A DNA stretch of 48,924 nucleotides, the filler included, from Bipalium vagum (taxonomy: Eukaryota), in assembly GCA_037834085.1 (NCBI GenBank). It is 2 parts of 2 records of this genome, joined end to end, with 100 filler letters (N's around TTAATTAATTAA, not from the genome) between each part and the next. Parts side by side here need not be neighbours in the genome. Positions count along the whole stretch, not along the records: positions 27,300 to 48,924 come from JBBMKC010234383.1; 1 more part is not named here. One strand, 5' to 3'. Of this stretch, positions 27,336-39,700 are shown piece after piece; within the stretch, counting starts at the first letter, position 1, and the number at the start of each line of letters is the position of its first letter. The notes beneath the pieces were generated by a model, which saw nothing but the letters and a program-made list of their open reading frames with translations, had not been told where the DNA came from and did not search any database. The position numbers and the translations under genes are program-made.

Positions 27336-27454
27336 TATCAGGGGGTGGACAATTCGTTGGACCAAACTGTATAAACAAAATAAGCTCAATAAAATAAATT
27401 TCTGTTGACATTACATACTATATGTAAACCCCAAAGGACTTATTTAACACCCTG
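27336..27454 (+). mobile_element. Possible 3' end of a Tc1/mariner-type element
   Basis: GGGQF-like terminal codons followed by a TIR-like end CTTATTTAACACCCTG-TA. Confidence 0.35.
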
Positions 27455-27633
27455 TATACTGGATCCAACTTACTCTGTTACAATTATGGTTCAAATTAAA
27501 TAATAAAGTTTTATTCTTTTAACACACGCATGAAAAATTTATTTTGCGAATATATTTTTAAAAATTTGAAACAGTGACCTTTATATAATCAATCAATTTT
27601 TATACGATTTTGAAATGTATGTTGTAATTTTAG

Positions 27634-27765
27634 TTGCTCACAGACAACGATAATCTTGTTACTCAGCTACGCGATCAACAGACTAAACAGTTCACATTGA
27701 CTAAAGAATTGAGTGAACTACGGGACCGATATGATGAATGTATTAATTTGTTGAATGAACACCAA
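27634..27765 (+). CDS. TRAK: TRAK/Milton exon: end of HAP1_N coiled coil
   Basis: Acceptor aattttag|TTG, donor CAA|gtaatt; encodes LLTDNDNLVTQLRDQQTKQFTLTKELSELRDRYDECINLLNEHQ. Confidence 0.88.
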
Positions 27766-30700
27766 GTAATTGGAGAATTTTATATTGAAAGGTTTCACCA
27801 AAATATACCCGATATAATAGGACCATATTCGTCAGTTGAAAAAGAAATACAAACGGGAAATGTTGAAAAACATTCCCGGATACAGATCTGGATCACCAGA
27901 TATTAATTTTACACCCAGTTTGGCTATGGAATTTGAAGAATCTTCGAGGAAGGACACAGTTGTGTCGGAACAATCTCGAGCTATGCGAGTTATGGAACAG
28001 GCACGTACAATAAACAGTAATTGGATGGATGTAGATGAAACTAGCAGTGGTTTCGCAGATGATATGAGTAGCTCGATAATAAACACGGAAATGGATGCAT
28101 CAGTCTATGGGTCTTACAGTGGGAATTATTTGTTGCGTAAGAGTATACAAGAAGATTGTGAAAAACGTCGATTATTGAAATCAAATCTGACTGATCATAA
28201 TAATTCTTTGGCAGAATTCTCTTATGATGCAAACTCCAACAATACTGTTTCCTCGTTTTGTACCCTTGAGGCCTATCGCCACCACCAGAATCGATTTCAG
28301 GCAGTCCAATCGCTCAATACAAATATTCTCAATTCGGAACTGAATCCGCTGCAGTCACACATTGGTTACAGGTAATTTAATCCTGTTTTCGATTATTGAT
28401 TCTCTAAGTATCAATCAATAAAATATTATATCACTATTTTTTTAATTTGTCCATTGTCTCTGTTAGAAAGCAAAATCATTAAGACTTCATTAAAAATTGT
28501 TTAATCGGGATTTTATTTTGATATTTGATTTATCGATTTATTTGGTTGTCAAAAATGAAATTTGTAATTGATAATATTGTCAATTTTAAAAGTTGATTAT
28601 ATGACAACTTAATATTTTACTTTTCAGGTTTTAGTGGTAGTAATTTACATATTTCTGCTATTTAAAGTAATCTTTGACCTGAAAAAATATAATCAATTTT
28701 ATATAAAATTGATATATTTGAAAAGCACTACAATATGAAGTATGAGCTTTAACTCATCACAATAATACCGCAGACCATCTAAAATATTATTAGTGTATCT
28801 AAGTCGTTCTCCAAATTTCGCACAGATAGTTTTTACCTCACAAACAAATGACCCACGTGGTCGCTCAGAAAAAAGATCCGTAATGATTAATTATAGATCA
28901 CCATTGAGAAAAACAAATCTCAAAGTGCCTATTAATTGTCGGTGAGGTTTTGTGTCACCAAAAAAATCATGATTAATTATTTAACTAAAATAGGAAAAGT
29001 GAAACAATGGGTTCCACGTGAACTCCTTGAAAACAGAAACGAAAACTTTTTCACAGATCTGATCCATTTTTTAATCTAATTGTTACTTTAGACGAAAAAC
29101 GTTCAAGAAGTGATTGGACAAAGATGAACTATTGAAACACACCCCAAAGCTAATATTCATCAAAATTGGTTGATGAGTGTTTGGTAGTTTATCTTAAATG
29201 TGATTCATTATGAATTCATGAAACCGGGATTATCGATCACAGCAGAAATATGCTGTAACCAACTAAAAGATTATTAAAAAAATTACTAAAATTAAATATT
29301 GATTTGGATTTTCATCATTAAAAATAATTTTGAGGAGAAATATATTTTTTTAAAAGGGAAATCTTGTTTTATTTTTCTTAAAATTATTAATTTTTTTTCT
29401 CATATTCTGTGAATAGGGCACTTATTATTAGGAAACCAATTGTTTTTTTAATTGATTTAATTATATTTTGTTTTATTCGTCTCTGACTTAACTCTATTAT
29501 TAATTTTTATCCATCAAGCAATACCTAAGTACTTGTGAAATAGTCAAAACGTTAAAATCTTCGTGTTTTTTCTTCTGTCTATTAATAAATTTTTGTCATT
29601 GTTAATTTTTTATGAAAATTTTTCAAATTACAATTTTGTAAAGAAAATAATATTCTTTTTACAAGGTTACTTCTTTATTGTCACAAGTTTTTGGTCTCAT
29701 GGTCAATTTTAATTGTTCTTTTTAGTTTGATTTTTAAATTTCTTAAAAACATGTTACCTTTAAATTTTTATTACTCTTTTACTCTTTTTTAGAATCAATA
29801 TAAGAAAATATGAAAAAAATTCACAATTTTATGATTTTGGTGATGAAAAAATTTGCTTCATTAAGATATCAAAATGTTTATATAAAGTATAGGATAAGTA
29901 AATATTAAATTTTAGTTACATGACCTATTTGTTTTGCCGAAGTGTATTTTCGTCTGAGTAAAAATAAGAGCCTAATTTTAGAATTTATTAAATGTAAATA
30001 AAAAATGTTTAGTTCTTAGACTATGAACTCATTAAATGAAAGAATCAATAATGATCTGTTTTCAAACCATTTGTGAAATATTAATTTTTTATTTATTTCA
30101 AAAATTTATTCTATAATTAAAATCAATTTGAATTTTTTCTAAAATTTTGTTTTGGAAAAATAAGAAAAGTACAAACGAATTTAGGAAATTCCTAATTTAT
30201 TATGTTAAAAAATTAACTTTCTTTTAATAACTCAACTCGTTAGTAAAAAGCGAATTCTGTTCTTTCAACATTTATTTATAAAATTCCAAACCTTCTCAAA
30301 ATTAAAACAACTTCAATGTAATTAAATATCAATAATTATTTGTTATTTTCAATTACCCAAATTCTTGCTTATAAGCCACGGCTTACCTATAGGAAAATTG
30401 GTGAATTCGGTTTCAAGTGATGGAAAATACCATGAAAAAGGAAGTTCATTTAGAAAATATCATTTTCCATATGTAACTTTTGTATCTAAATAAATTATTG
30501 CAGAAAAGTCTTCGTTTTCATTTTCATAAAAATAGTTTAAAAATCATGCAGTTACTTATGGACGACCTTGTATTTGTAAAGGTAGAAAAGAAAAACTCGA
30601 TTTATCCATACACAAAGGGTTTATATATATAAAACCCTTGTTATTTAATGTTTCTCAAAGTAAATTTACTTGTATACTATATTTAGTTTAATTTTTCATT

Positions 30701-33700
30701 TATAAATGTTCCTTTAATTCTTAATCAGTTCATCATTCAATTACTCACAAATCTCAATTAACTTGTATTGAATGAAATTGAAAGAAATTTTTTAAATTAA
30801 ATTTATAATATGAATATTATATCGTGTAATCGATTTTTATCCATGTTCTTTTAGAGTGCCAGAAAAACTAAAATTAGTCAAACCCATTGAAGGTTCACAA
30901 ACATTGAGAACGTGGCAAAATTTGGCAACACCAAGCATTACAAAAGCACTATTTGAAGAACAATCTCACAGTGTGTGCTTCAGAGGTCAACAACCTCTTA
31001 TTTTATCACCCTCACCATCATCTCCAGGCTCTGAGCATTCTCACTCATCAGATTTTCGGCGACATTCATCAATCATATCCAGCGATTACGAAGATATTGA
31101 TTGTGGTAATTGCCAGATAAATGTCAATTTTAACTAAAATACGGTTGTGTTGCAGATGATGTGATATCATTTAACCCACCTGGAACCATTAGTTGTGCAA
31201 ATTCAACTGGATCTGCCGATACCAGTTCGAAATTATTGCAATCGTCTAAAAATTACTTGGTTAGTAGAATATCGTGTTATCATTATCCTCACCCTTATGT
31301 CTTTGCATTTTTTTACAGATATGAATCGTTAAATTACAATCCAGGCTTTATGTATAATAATCTGCTTTGACCAGTTTTGAATTTTTTATTTATAATTTTT
31401 AAAAATATATGTTTTTTGAAATATTATGTAACCTCATTCTATTGATAATTTAAATTTCGAAAACCCACTATATATTTTATTTTTAATTAACAGTGAAATT
31501 TTAATTTTAAGCAGGAAAACATGTAATTATTATTGATATTTTTTGTAATTAAGTTAACAACTCCCACTGATACCTGATATCAATATTAGTTCATTATTAT
31601 TATTATTTTACTATTGCTTTTTATTATATTTTTATTTTACAATTACGATTATAACTTTTATTTTATATATACTTATTAACGATTTGTCATATGCTGATTA
31701 ACAGTTCCAGGGCTAAATGCATTATTTATTTTCCGAATATTTGTGCCTGATTTATATTCATACAAAAATTGTTCTCATTTGATATTTTTTCATGTTTGGT
31801 TAACTCTTCTAGAAAAAATATTAATATTAATTTTTGATAGGAAATACTTTACGAAATTTTAGCTTTCAAATCGTATTAATATATGTGGAATATTAAAACA
31901 AGTTATGCATTAAAAGCAATTAATTAATCGAATTACTAAAAAAGATTATTTTAGCATCAATCTAATTTCTTATTTTATTTATAATTTCTTTTATCAACTA
32001 AGCACACTTAGAGTCTGATTGTAACTTTTATTAATGGCAATTTTTAAAAATATTTTTAAAATATTTATATATTTTTAAAACAAGCAAAGCTTTATAAATG
32101 TTATATTCGTAATTAATATATATTAATTAAAAATTCATGTTGACTTAAGATTTCCATAGTCTCAATTATCTCTCTTGGCCCTTGTTTCGAACTTCCTTTT
32201 AGTGATAGTTGATGGATACTTCCGCCCTTGGACTGTCAGCCTAAGAATGCTTGACTATCCATGTCTACATTGTAGCATTTGAAGCGAATTCGATCTCCGT
32301 CAGTATTTCTACCAAATCCGATTTCTTTCTTTCAACCAAGATGGCATTTTTAAATTCTCTGGCGGTTCTAAATTGTCTCTCAACTTGATCGTTTTTAGTA
32401 CTTGTAGTACATATGTTGATAGGGACTATTTCATTTCTACACCTATGCGTTTTGTAAATTCCCGCATTCCTTCCGAGAAAAATGTCTTCACATAGTATCA
32501 TTTGCACAGCGTAATTGATCACTACCTCCATCCATACCTACCTTCTGTAGTTACAGATAGTATCTATTACTCATAACACTTACGCCTGCTCCTCTATCTA
32601 ACAGGTTATCGAATTTTATTCTTTGAATTTGCACGTTTGTGCTCGGATGGGTTTGTATTCGATAGTATAAAATCTCGGCGACCTGTATACGCGGAAAATT
32701 ATTGTCTTCTATATGCTCCATGTTCACGAAACTATACCTCTTCAAAAACCTTATATTTTCTCTGTAATTTGTCCATCCACATCGATCGCCTAGACCTCTC
32801 GAGAATTGTCTAATATAAGGCTCCCACCAACTCCCCAACGATTGGAGCATTCTCGTTTGGGTATCTGTGCTCTACATTGTCGTCTTCGTTCGACGTGCTG
32901 TCCTCTTGTCTGAAATCATTTTCTTCGTGCATAGTATTAATGTCGTTCCTGTGGTTCATTTTGGTTAGTCCGATATTGCCATTATTTCAACATGGTTGTT
33001 TTCTCTCCTGACTGTCGCTTTCCGTTTCGATTCCATGTTATATTCTGAAAATTTTTACTTTCACTTTTCTACATCCAAAGCATCTTGAAAGTTTCCGTTC
33101 TGGGAATTCTCTGATGACGTCTCCTACTTTATTACATGACCAACATTCTATTCTTCACCTTGTTGGACATTCTCTAGCGATGTGACCGATATCGTTACAG
33201 TTATGACAGCGAGCTGTTCGCCGCTCATAGTTTTTAAATTAAGGATGACTTACGTTCTGGATATTTGTACTTCTTACCGCATCTCTATAGGTTCTCACTG
33301 TTTCAATGCGTACCTGGTTGGAATTTTCGATTTCGTCCATCACTACGATTCAATTTCCTTTACTGTGGTTAGTTTCCGTAATTTGATTTCATAACTGATC
33401 TGCTTGTTTTTTATTACTTTGATCGTGGAACTATGCTTACTTAACCAGTTTGTCAATGTTCTTGAAAAAATTGGAATTGGTTCACTTTCTGTTCTCTTCA
33501 CTTCCCGATATGTAACTATATCTGTTGGGCCGAATTAATGCTTGTCGTAAATGCTCTTCATAGACTGCAATTTTTCTGGGTGTCTGCATATTTTTCCTTA
33601 TCCAGCATGCAGTAAATTAACGATTCTCTTCTTTTTTGGATAGAATGTTCTATCTATGAAATATCTATGAGCTTTTGAAATGAACTTTTTCACATCAAGT

Positions 33701-36700
33701 CTTCTGCTTAGTTCTTCGCAACAATCTTTCAGCTATCGGGTCCGGTTTTGTGGTCGCCATATAAGCACACTTAGAGTTTGATTGCACCATTTATTAATGG
33801 CAATTTTGAAAACTGCCGCTTCACCAGGATCGTTCAAATAAATCTTTCTAAATTTTTATTCGTAATAATATATTAATAACAATTCTTGTCGACTTAAGAT
33901 TTCCATTATATTCTTTATTTAAAGTTAATAACTTCCAATGTTATTTCATGACAATTTATATTTAATAATTACATTTTATTACTTATTTTTTAATTAGTAT
34001 TATCGATTTTTTCTGTATTTAAGTTGACAACTCTCACTTTTAGCTCATATCAATGAGTTTCAGTTATATACACAAAATTTTATATTTTACAAGTGACGTC
34101 TGTGAGAATTTCTAAAACTATTCTGTATATATTTGAAACTCTAAGCCGACTTGTTTTCAGTAATACTTAGGTTCCCTTTAAAATCATTTGTATTTTATTT
34201 AATAAGAACCAATAAAAACACTTTTCTAATTAATTGAAATTATATTGGATTATAATTTAATTTTCTCCCAGTTATGATGTAATACCTCGATGGAGAATTA
34301 TTTTTTGATTTTGGTCTGACTTGTGAAAATTTTATTTTAAAATCCACACATTCTTCAGTTGTAAATATTTCAAGTAATTTTTTCAATCATTGATTGAGCA
34401 AAACAATTGTCACAAATTATGCTTTTTCTTTCTCTGTCACTTAAATTTTTCATAATATGTAACCCTTATATTAACAATTACTTTAGATTTAGAACTTATT
34501 TTTCTTTGAAGTTTGATATATTGATTTCTTTTCTCAAAAGTGATTGGTCAGAATAGCATTTTACTAAAAACGTCATGATATTTTTGAGTGAAGGTGGTAT
34601 AACTTTTGACTAAAGACTCAATTTGTTCTTAAAAATTAATTAAAAATTTTTTAAATAAATTCTAAGAGGTTTTTTCAATCTTTCTGTTTTAGTTTTTAAA
34701 AATTTAATCAAATATCACAATATTAATTATTATTTTTATTCAAATCAGCGTAATAATTACTTATTTGTGATTGTCGGAAATTTATTCGACTATTTTAGTG
34801 TCCCCATACTTGGTCAATTTTGTTTCATTGGAAAATAAGTATTATTTTTTAAATATATACATTTATTTATTTTTCTAACTATAAAATAAATAGTAGTAAT
34901 CCTTTTGTTAAACCCTTACTGAACCCAATTAGATTCACTTAGTTTATAATTAAACATTGAACATTTACGACATATGATATTATGAGGTTCTTTATTTTAC
35001 GTTTTCTTGAATATTGAATGTATATTTTATGGACTTCTGATTTAACGTCCATTGGTTAGTATCAATATTTCCCTCTTAAGAGGACACCAACTTACGAAAA
35101 ATAATGAAGTCCAACATCCTTATCCTGAGCTTTTCTGTGTCAAAATATATAACAAGAAGCAGGCGGAGTGGCTGTCAATGAAATGCGCACAAGTGACTTA
35201 CGAAAACCATACCCTAATTCCAGAGATTTTTCTGTTTAATGTTCGCCTGGAGATCTACACAGCTATGTTATATCGCAGCATAGGATAAGAACGAAATCTG
35301 TCACGAATAATTTCCCCTTGATACGTTGATCATCTATATTTTTAAAATTTTTATAAAATCAAGGGGTTTACATATAAAAATTAACAATTAAATTAAAATA
35401 TTAACGGTTAAAAGTTTTTAATTTTAAATGAATCCCTTCCTGTTTATTATTTTAAAAAATTAAAATGAAGTTTGATTTTAAAATTAATTGAAATTGAAAA
35501 TAAAAAGGAACAATTATTAAGACCAATGTGACAATGTATTTTTGAGTGAAATTGGTTAAGTTTCTTACCTTAGAGTTATATAAATAAATATGAAAATAAT
35601 CATTCCAAAAACTAAATTCTGGGCTGTTCAATTGACAAAGAAATTAATATTGAATAACAATTTTTAGATTTTTCTAAACTGAAGTTCATGAAATTGAAGA
35701 TTATTTATTTATTTTGACATTGATAAATGATTTGATTTATTTCCGTTACTTTAATAAATCACAATATGAAACTTTATCCTTACAAATATAAAATTAAAAT
35801 AAAAACGAAATAATTATTTTTTTTTAAATTGATAATTACATTTTTCTGTGAATGAAATTTTCGAATCTTCAACATCAATATTTTTTCAAGCTATTTTAAA
35901 TTTTTTTTCGAATAATAAAAAATCGTATCATGTTGTAGTATTGATGCTTTTTCGAAACAAAATAGAAAAACTTATCTGTCTCTTTTTTGAAAAAATTTAT
36001 TCTTGATTTCCAATATTTGCCTCACTTATTATGACAAATCACTAATTCTTTTATGTATAAAAATAGTAGATGTTTTGGATCATGTTTTTTATGACAAGTC
36101 AAAAAAGAGACATAGTCATTTCGGTCAAAAAACATGATCCGACGTTGTAATGATGTCAGAGTATTTTAAAAATATTTATTTCAAGTTCTAAATGTTTTCA
36201 TTTAAATATTAGCTTGTATCAAAATTTTTCGTAAATTCAAAATTCACAAACTGTATTGCAATTATATGTACAATTAACAACAACAAAAATATTATTTCAA
36301 AAAATAAGAACTGTTACTATATACAACAATATTTTGCCCTAATTCGGCAAATTTTTGTATTTGTTCACTGTTCCATTCTTTAGATTTTGAAACAAAGATT
36401 AACAATTCAAGATTAACAAATTGCTGTCCTTTCCAGAAAGGTTCCATCAATCTAAAAAGTGTAAAATCTGATGGTGCCAAGTTTGGACTATAAGAAGGAT
36501 GAAGCAAGAGTTCAATCCTATCAAATGTTGGAAATTTATCTTGCGTCAAGTGTCGGTGAGCTAGTGGGGTTGTCATGCTGATTAGTGGGTTGTCATGCTG
36601 ATAAAGCAGTCGTTTTCTATTGATTAAACTTGGATATTTTCTTTTCAAAATTTCATTGACTTTGTCAGACAGTTCACAATACAGGGTGTCCCATAAGTCC

Positions 36701-39700
36701 CCGTGGAAAGTAAACTTAAATATCTTTCATTAAATCCAATCGATTGAAATTTCTATTTATATAATATTAAAGTATGTCTAACTTTTGTTTTAATATTTAA
36801 AATTAGATTTAGCAAATGCCGCTTGATTTGAAGTTAAGAATTAAAATTGTACTTTTAATGCCAAATTCAACACAAATTGTGTTTTTAAACGGAAATAAAA
36901 TGCCGAATTTGGGAAAACCTCATCAAGTGAAAGTGCTATTAGAGAGAATTTTCTTCGTTTTTGTGAGATTGGCTCGGTTTAAGATCGTGAACGTTCTGAA
37001 AGACCAACGCTGATCACTGAAAATGAAGTTCAGAAAATGAGTGAAGTTATTGAAAGCGACAATGTAGTGTTCGATCTGTTGCAACCACATGCTCCATTTC
37101 GCGAACAACAAGCCATCGAATTATGAGAGAACAGTTATCATTGAAACCCTTTAAGGTCCATTTCACGCAGGAATTACATGAAGAGGATTTGCAAGACAGA
37201 CTTGAGATGTACAAAACCCTGTTCCCAATGTTAGAAAATGTGGATATTCAGGAAAATATTTTCTTTTCAGATGAAGTAACGTTTTATCTAAAAGGATTAA
37301 TAAATAAACATAACGTCAGATATTAGTAAGAAAGTAATACAAATGTTACTTTTGAAACTGCTAGAAAATCTCAGAGGTAAATGTTTGGTGTACTTTGTCA
37401 AAAAATAAAATTATCGGTTCGTATTTCTTTGAAGATGAGACTGTTAATGACCAAAATTATCTATCAGGGCTTCAAGACTATTTTATGTTTGAAGATAGGA
37501 AAATGCACAAAGTATGGTCTCTGGTATTTCAGTAAGACGGAGCTCCTGCACATTTTTCAGCAAATCTAAGACGGTATCTTGACGCTCATTTTCCGAAGAG
37601 GTGGCTCAATTTGATGAGCTTCACCTTCACCAGATTTAACTCCTCTTGACTTATATTTATGGGGCCATTTAGAAATAGAAATCTAAAATAAAAAATATTG
37701 ACGATTTTAAAACAAAAATCACCGAAGAAATAAAACGTGTTACCACAGAAACTTTGAATAGCGCATTTTTAAATATTGTAAAAAAGATGAATTTATGTAT
37801 TTCAGTTAATGGTAGTCATTTCGAACAATTTTTGTAAATATGTTTATATGAAATAAAAATTAAGATTTGTCTTTAATTTTATAAACCAGGCGATTAAATA
37901 TCTCAATCTGCTTAAGAAATGTTTAAGTTTACTTTCCGCGGGAACTTATGGGACAGCTTGGCTTTCACAACATGATCATGTGGTACAACTTCAAACCTTC
38001 ATAATTCCACCACTATCTTTTTCCAAATCGATTCTTTTGGACATGTTGCAGGAGGTTGGTCATGTAACATCCATCATTTAATTTTCCCTTGGTTATTAAA
38101 ATAGATCCATTTTTCATCTATAGTAACCATACGACACCAACAGCGATCATCTGTATGATTTGTAAAATACTTACAGAATAAAAAAACCTTTAAACCTGAC
38201 ATTTCGATTATTCATACGAATCTAATCTACATGGTGTGTCCAATAAGTAGTAAGCCTAATGTAGAAAGGTTAATGTACATTTTAAAATATTATAATTATA
38301 TAAAGTGCAATATAGTATAGGTAAATATAAGATATTTGTTGTAATTTATTATTTTGTTTTTTTAAAATGTCTTTAGAAGATGTGCAATATCGGATCATTA
38401 TTCGTTTCTTCTACTTGAAGAAAAAAAGTCGTGAAGAAATTCAAAAGGAATTAGATGATGTTCTCGGTTAACAAATCCTTCATGGGCTACAAAAAAAACG
38501 ATGGTACAGTGAATTTAAATCTGGAAGAACTTCTGTGGTGGACATAAAAATCAGGAAGGCCATGCTTAATCAGCGAAAAAATAACTGAAAACCTAATTAA
38601 ATTATACAAAATGAAAGAACTATCACAACAAGAGAGGGCCTAAATTTTATCAAAGGTATTATTCAGTCGTTATTGGCAAGTAGTTTCATTAGAAAGTTGT
38701 GCTCACGATTCGTGCCACGTTTTCTAACTGCTGATATGCAAGCTCACCGTTTAGAGTGCTGCCAGCAAAATCTAGAAACTTTACAACGTGTTGGGGACCA
38801 CATGCTGGATAACATCACGGTGGATGAGACGCGTCTATCTCTCTATATTCCGGAGTCTAGGGAATCAAAAGAATTAAAACCTCCAGGAGAGACCAGTTCA
38901 ATAAAAAGGAAGATATCATCACACTAAAGTCCCTTAATGTTCTCCATTTTTTGGAATGCTAATGGTGTTATTCATATTCGGCTCAACAGTGAATACTATA
39001 TCAACGTTGTTCGACAAGCTAGGACATTGAGAATGAAAAGCCGAGTATTATGTGCATGACAACTCACCTATTCACACTAGTTGATTGTCAACAATAACAA
39101 TTAAGGATTGTGATTTTCATCAAAAGACGATTTGCAGAAGACTGTTACTAATTATCTGAATGACAAATTTCCAGATTTCTTCAAAAATTCCTTCTTGAAA
39201 CTTGGAAAAAAATTGTTGACGTTTCCGGGAACTTTATTGAAAAATAATTACATAAAATAAGTACATATTCATTGTTATTAATACAAAATTGTTTTGTGAT
39301 CGTTTCTTGCTTTTACCATTGGCTCAGTACTTATTGAGCACACCATGTACATATAGTGATATCTAAGTTTTCTCTGTTGTCAATTAATGGTGTCTTTAGA
39401 TGATTTAATCATCGTAGATAAATCGTGAATGAAGGCATATGGATGATCAATTAATGTTTCTTGTAGAACTCCTTCATTTATCACAGAAGAATTATCTTAT
39501 CTTCTAGATTAGTATATCCATTTTAAAATTTTTGAATCAGTCTAAGACTGAGCTATTTGCAACGACATCTGCAATGTCACAAATAGTCCTTGTTGTGGCA
39601 GAAATAGTAAATTCCCTCCCAATTTATTTTACTATAATTATAAATTCAATTAAATATATTTTATTACATTACAATTATACATTAAATACTAAATACATCA

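Larger units (their letters stand above)
31999..33905 (-). mobile_element. Gypsy/Ty3 LTR retrotransposon deletion derivative (gag, protease and integrase fragments; no RT/RNase H)
   Basis: Diverged direct repeats 31999-32156 and 33762-33905; PBS-like TGGCGACCAC next to the 5' LTR; CCHC knuckles CNDIGHIAREC and CWSCNKVG; protease LLDRGAGVSVM; integrase NDQVERQFRT...EIEFASNAT. Confidence 0.85.

Noticed and set aside
27832-28232. Minus-strand ORFs 27832..28086 and 28041..28232, also 40608..40910 and 47703..47909
   Set aside because: Antisense shadows of TRAK or transporter coding sequence.
31551-34070. Degenerate AAGTT(A/G)ACAACTC repeats on both sides of Gypsy derivative 1, considered as an array or CRISPR-like structure
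   Set aside because: Few, irregular and diverged units in eukaryotic intron DNA with no repeat-spacer periodicity.
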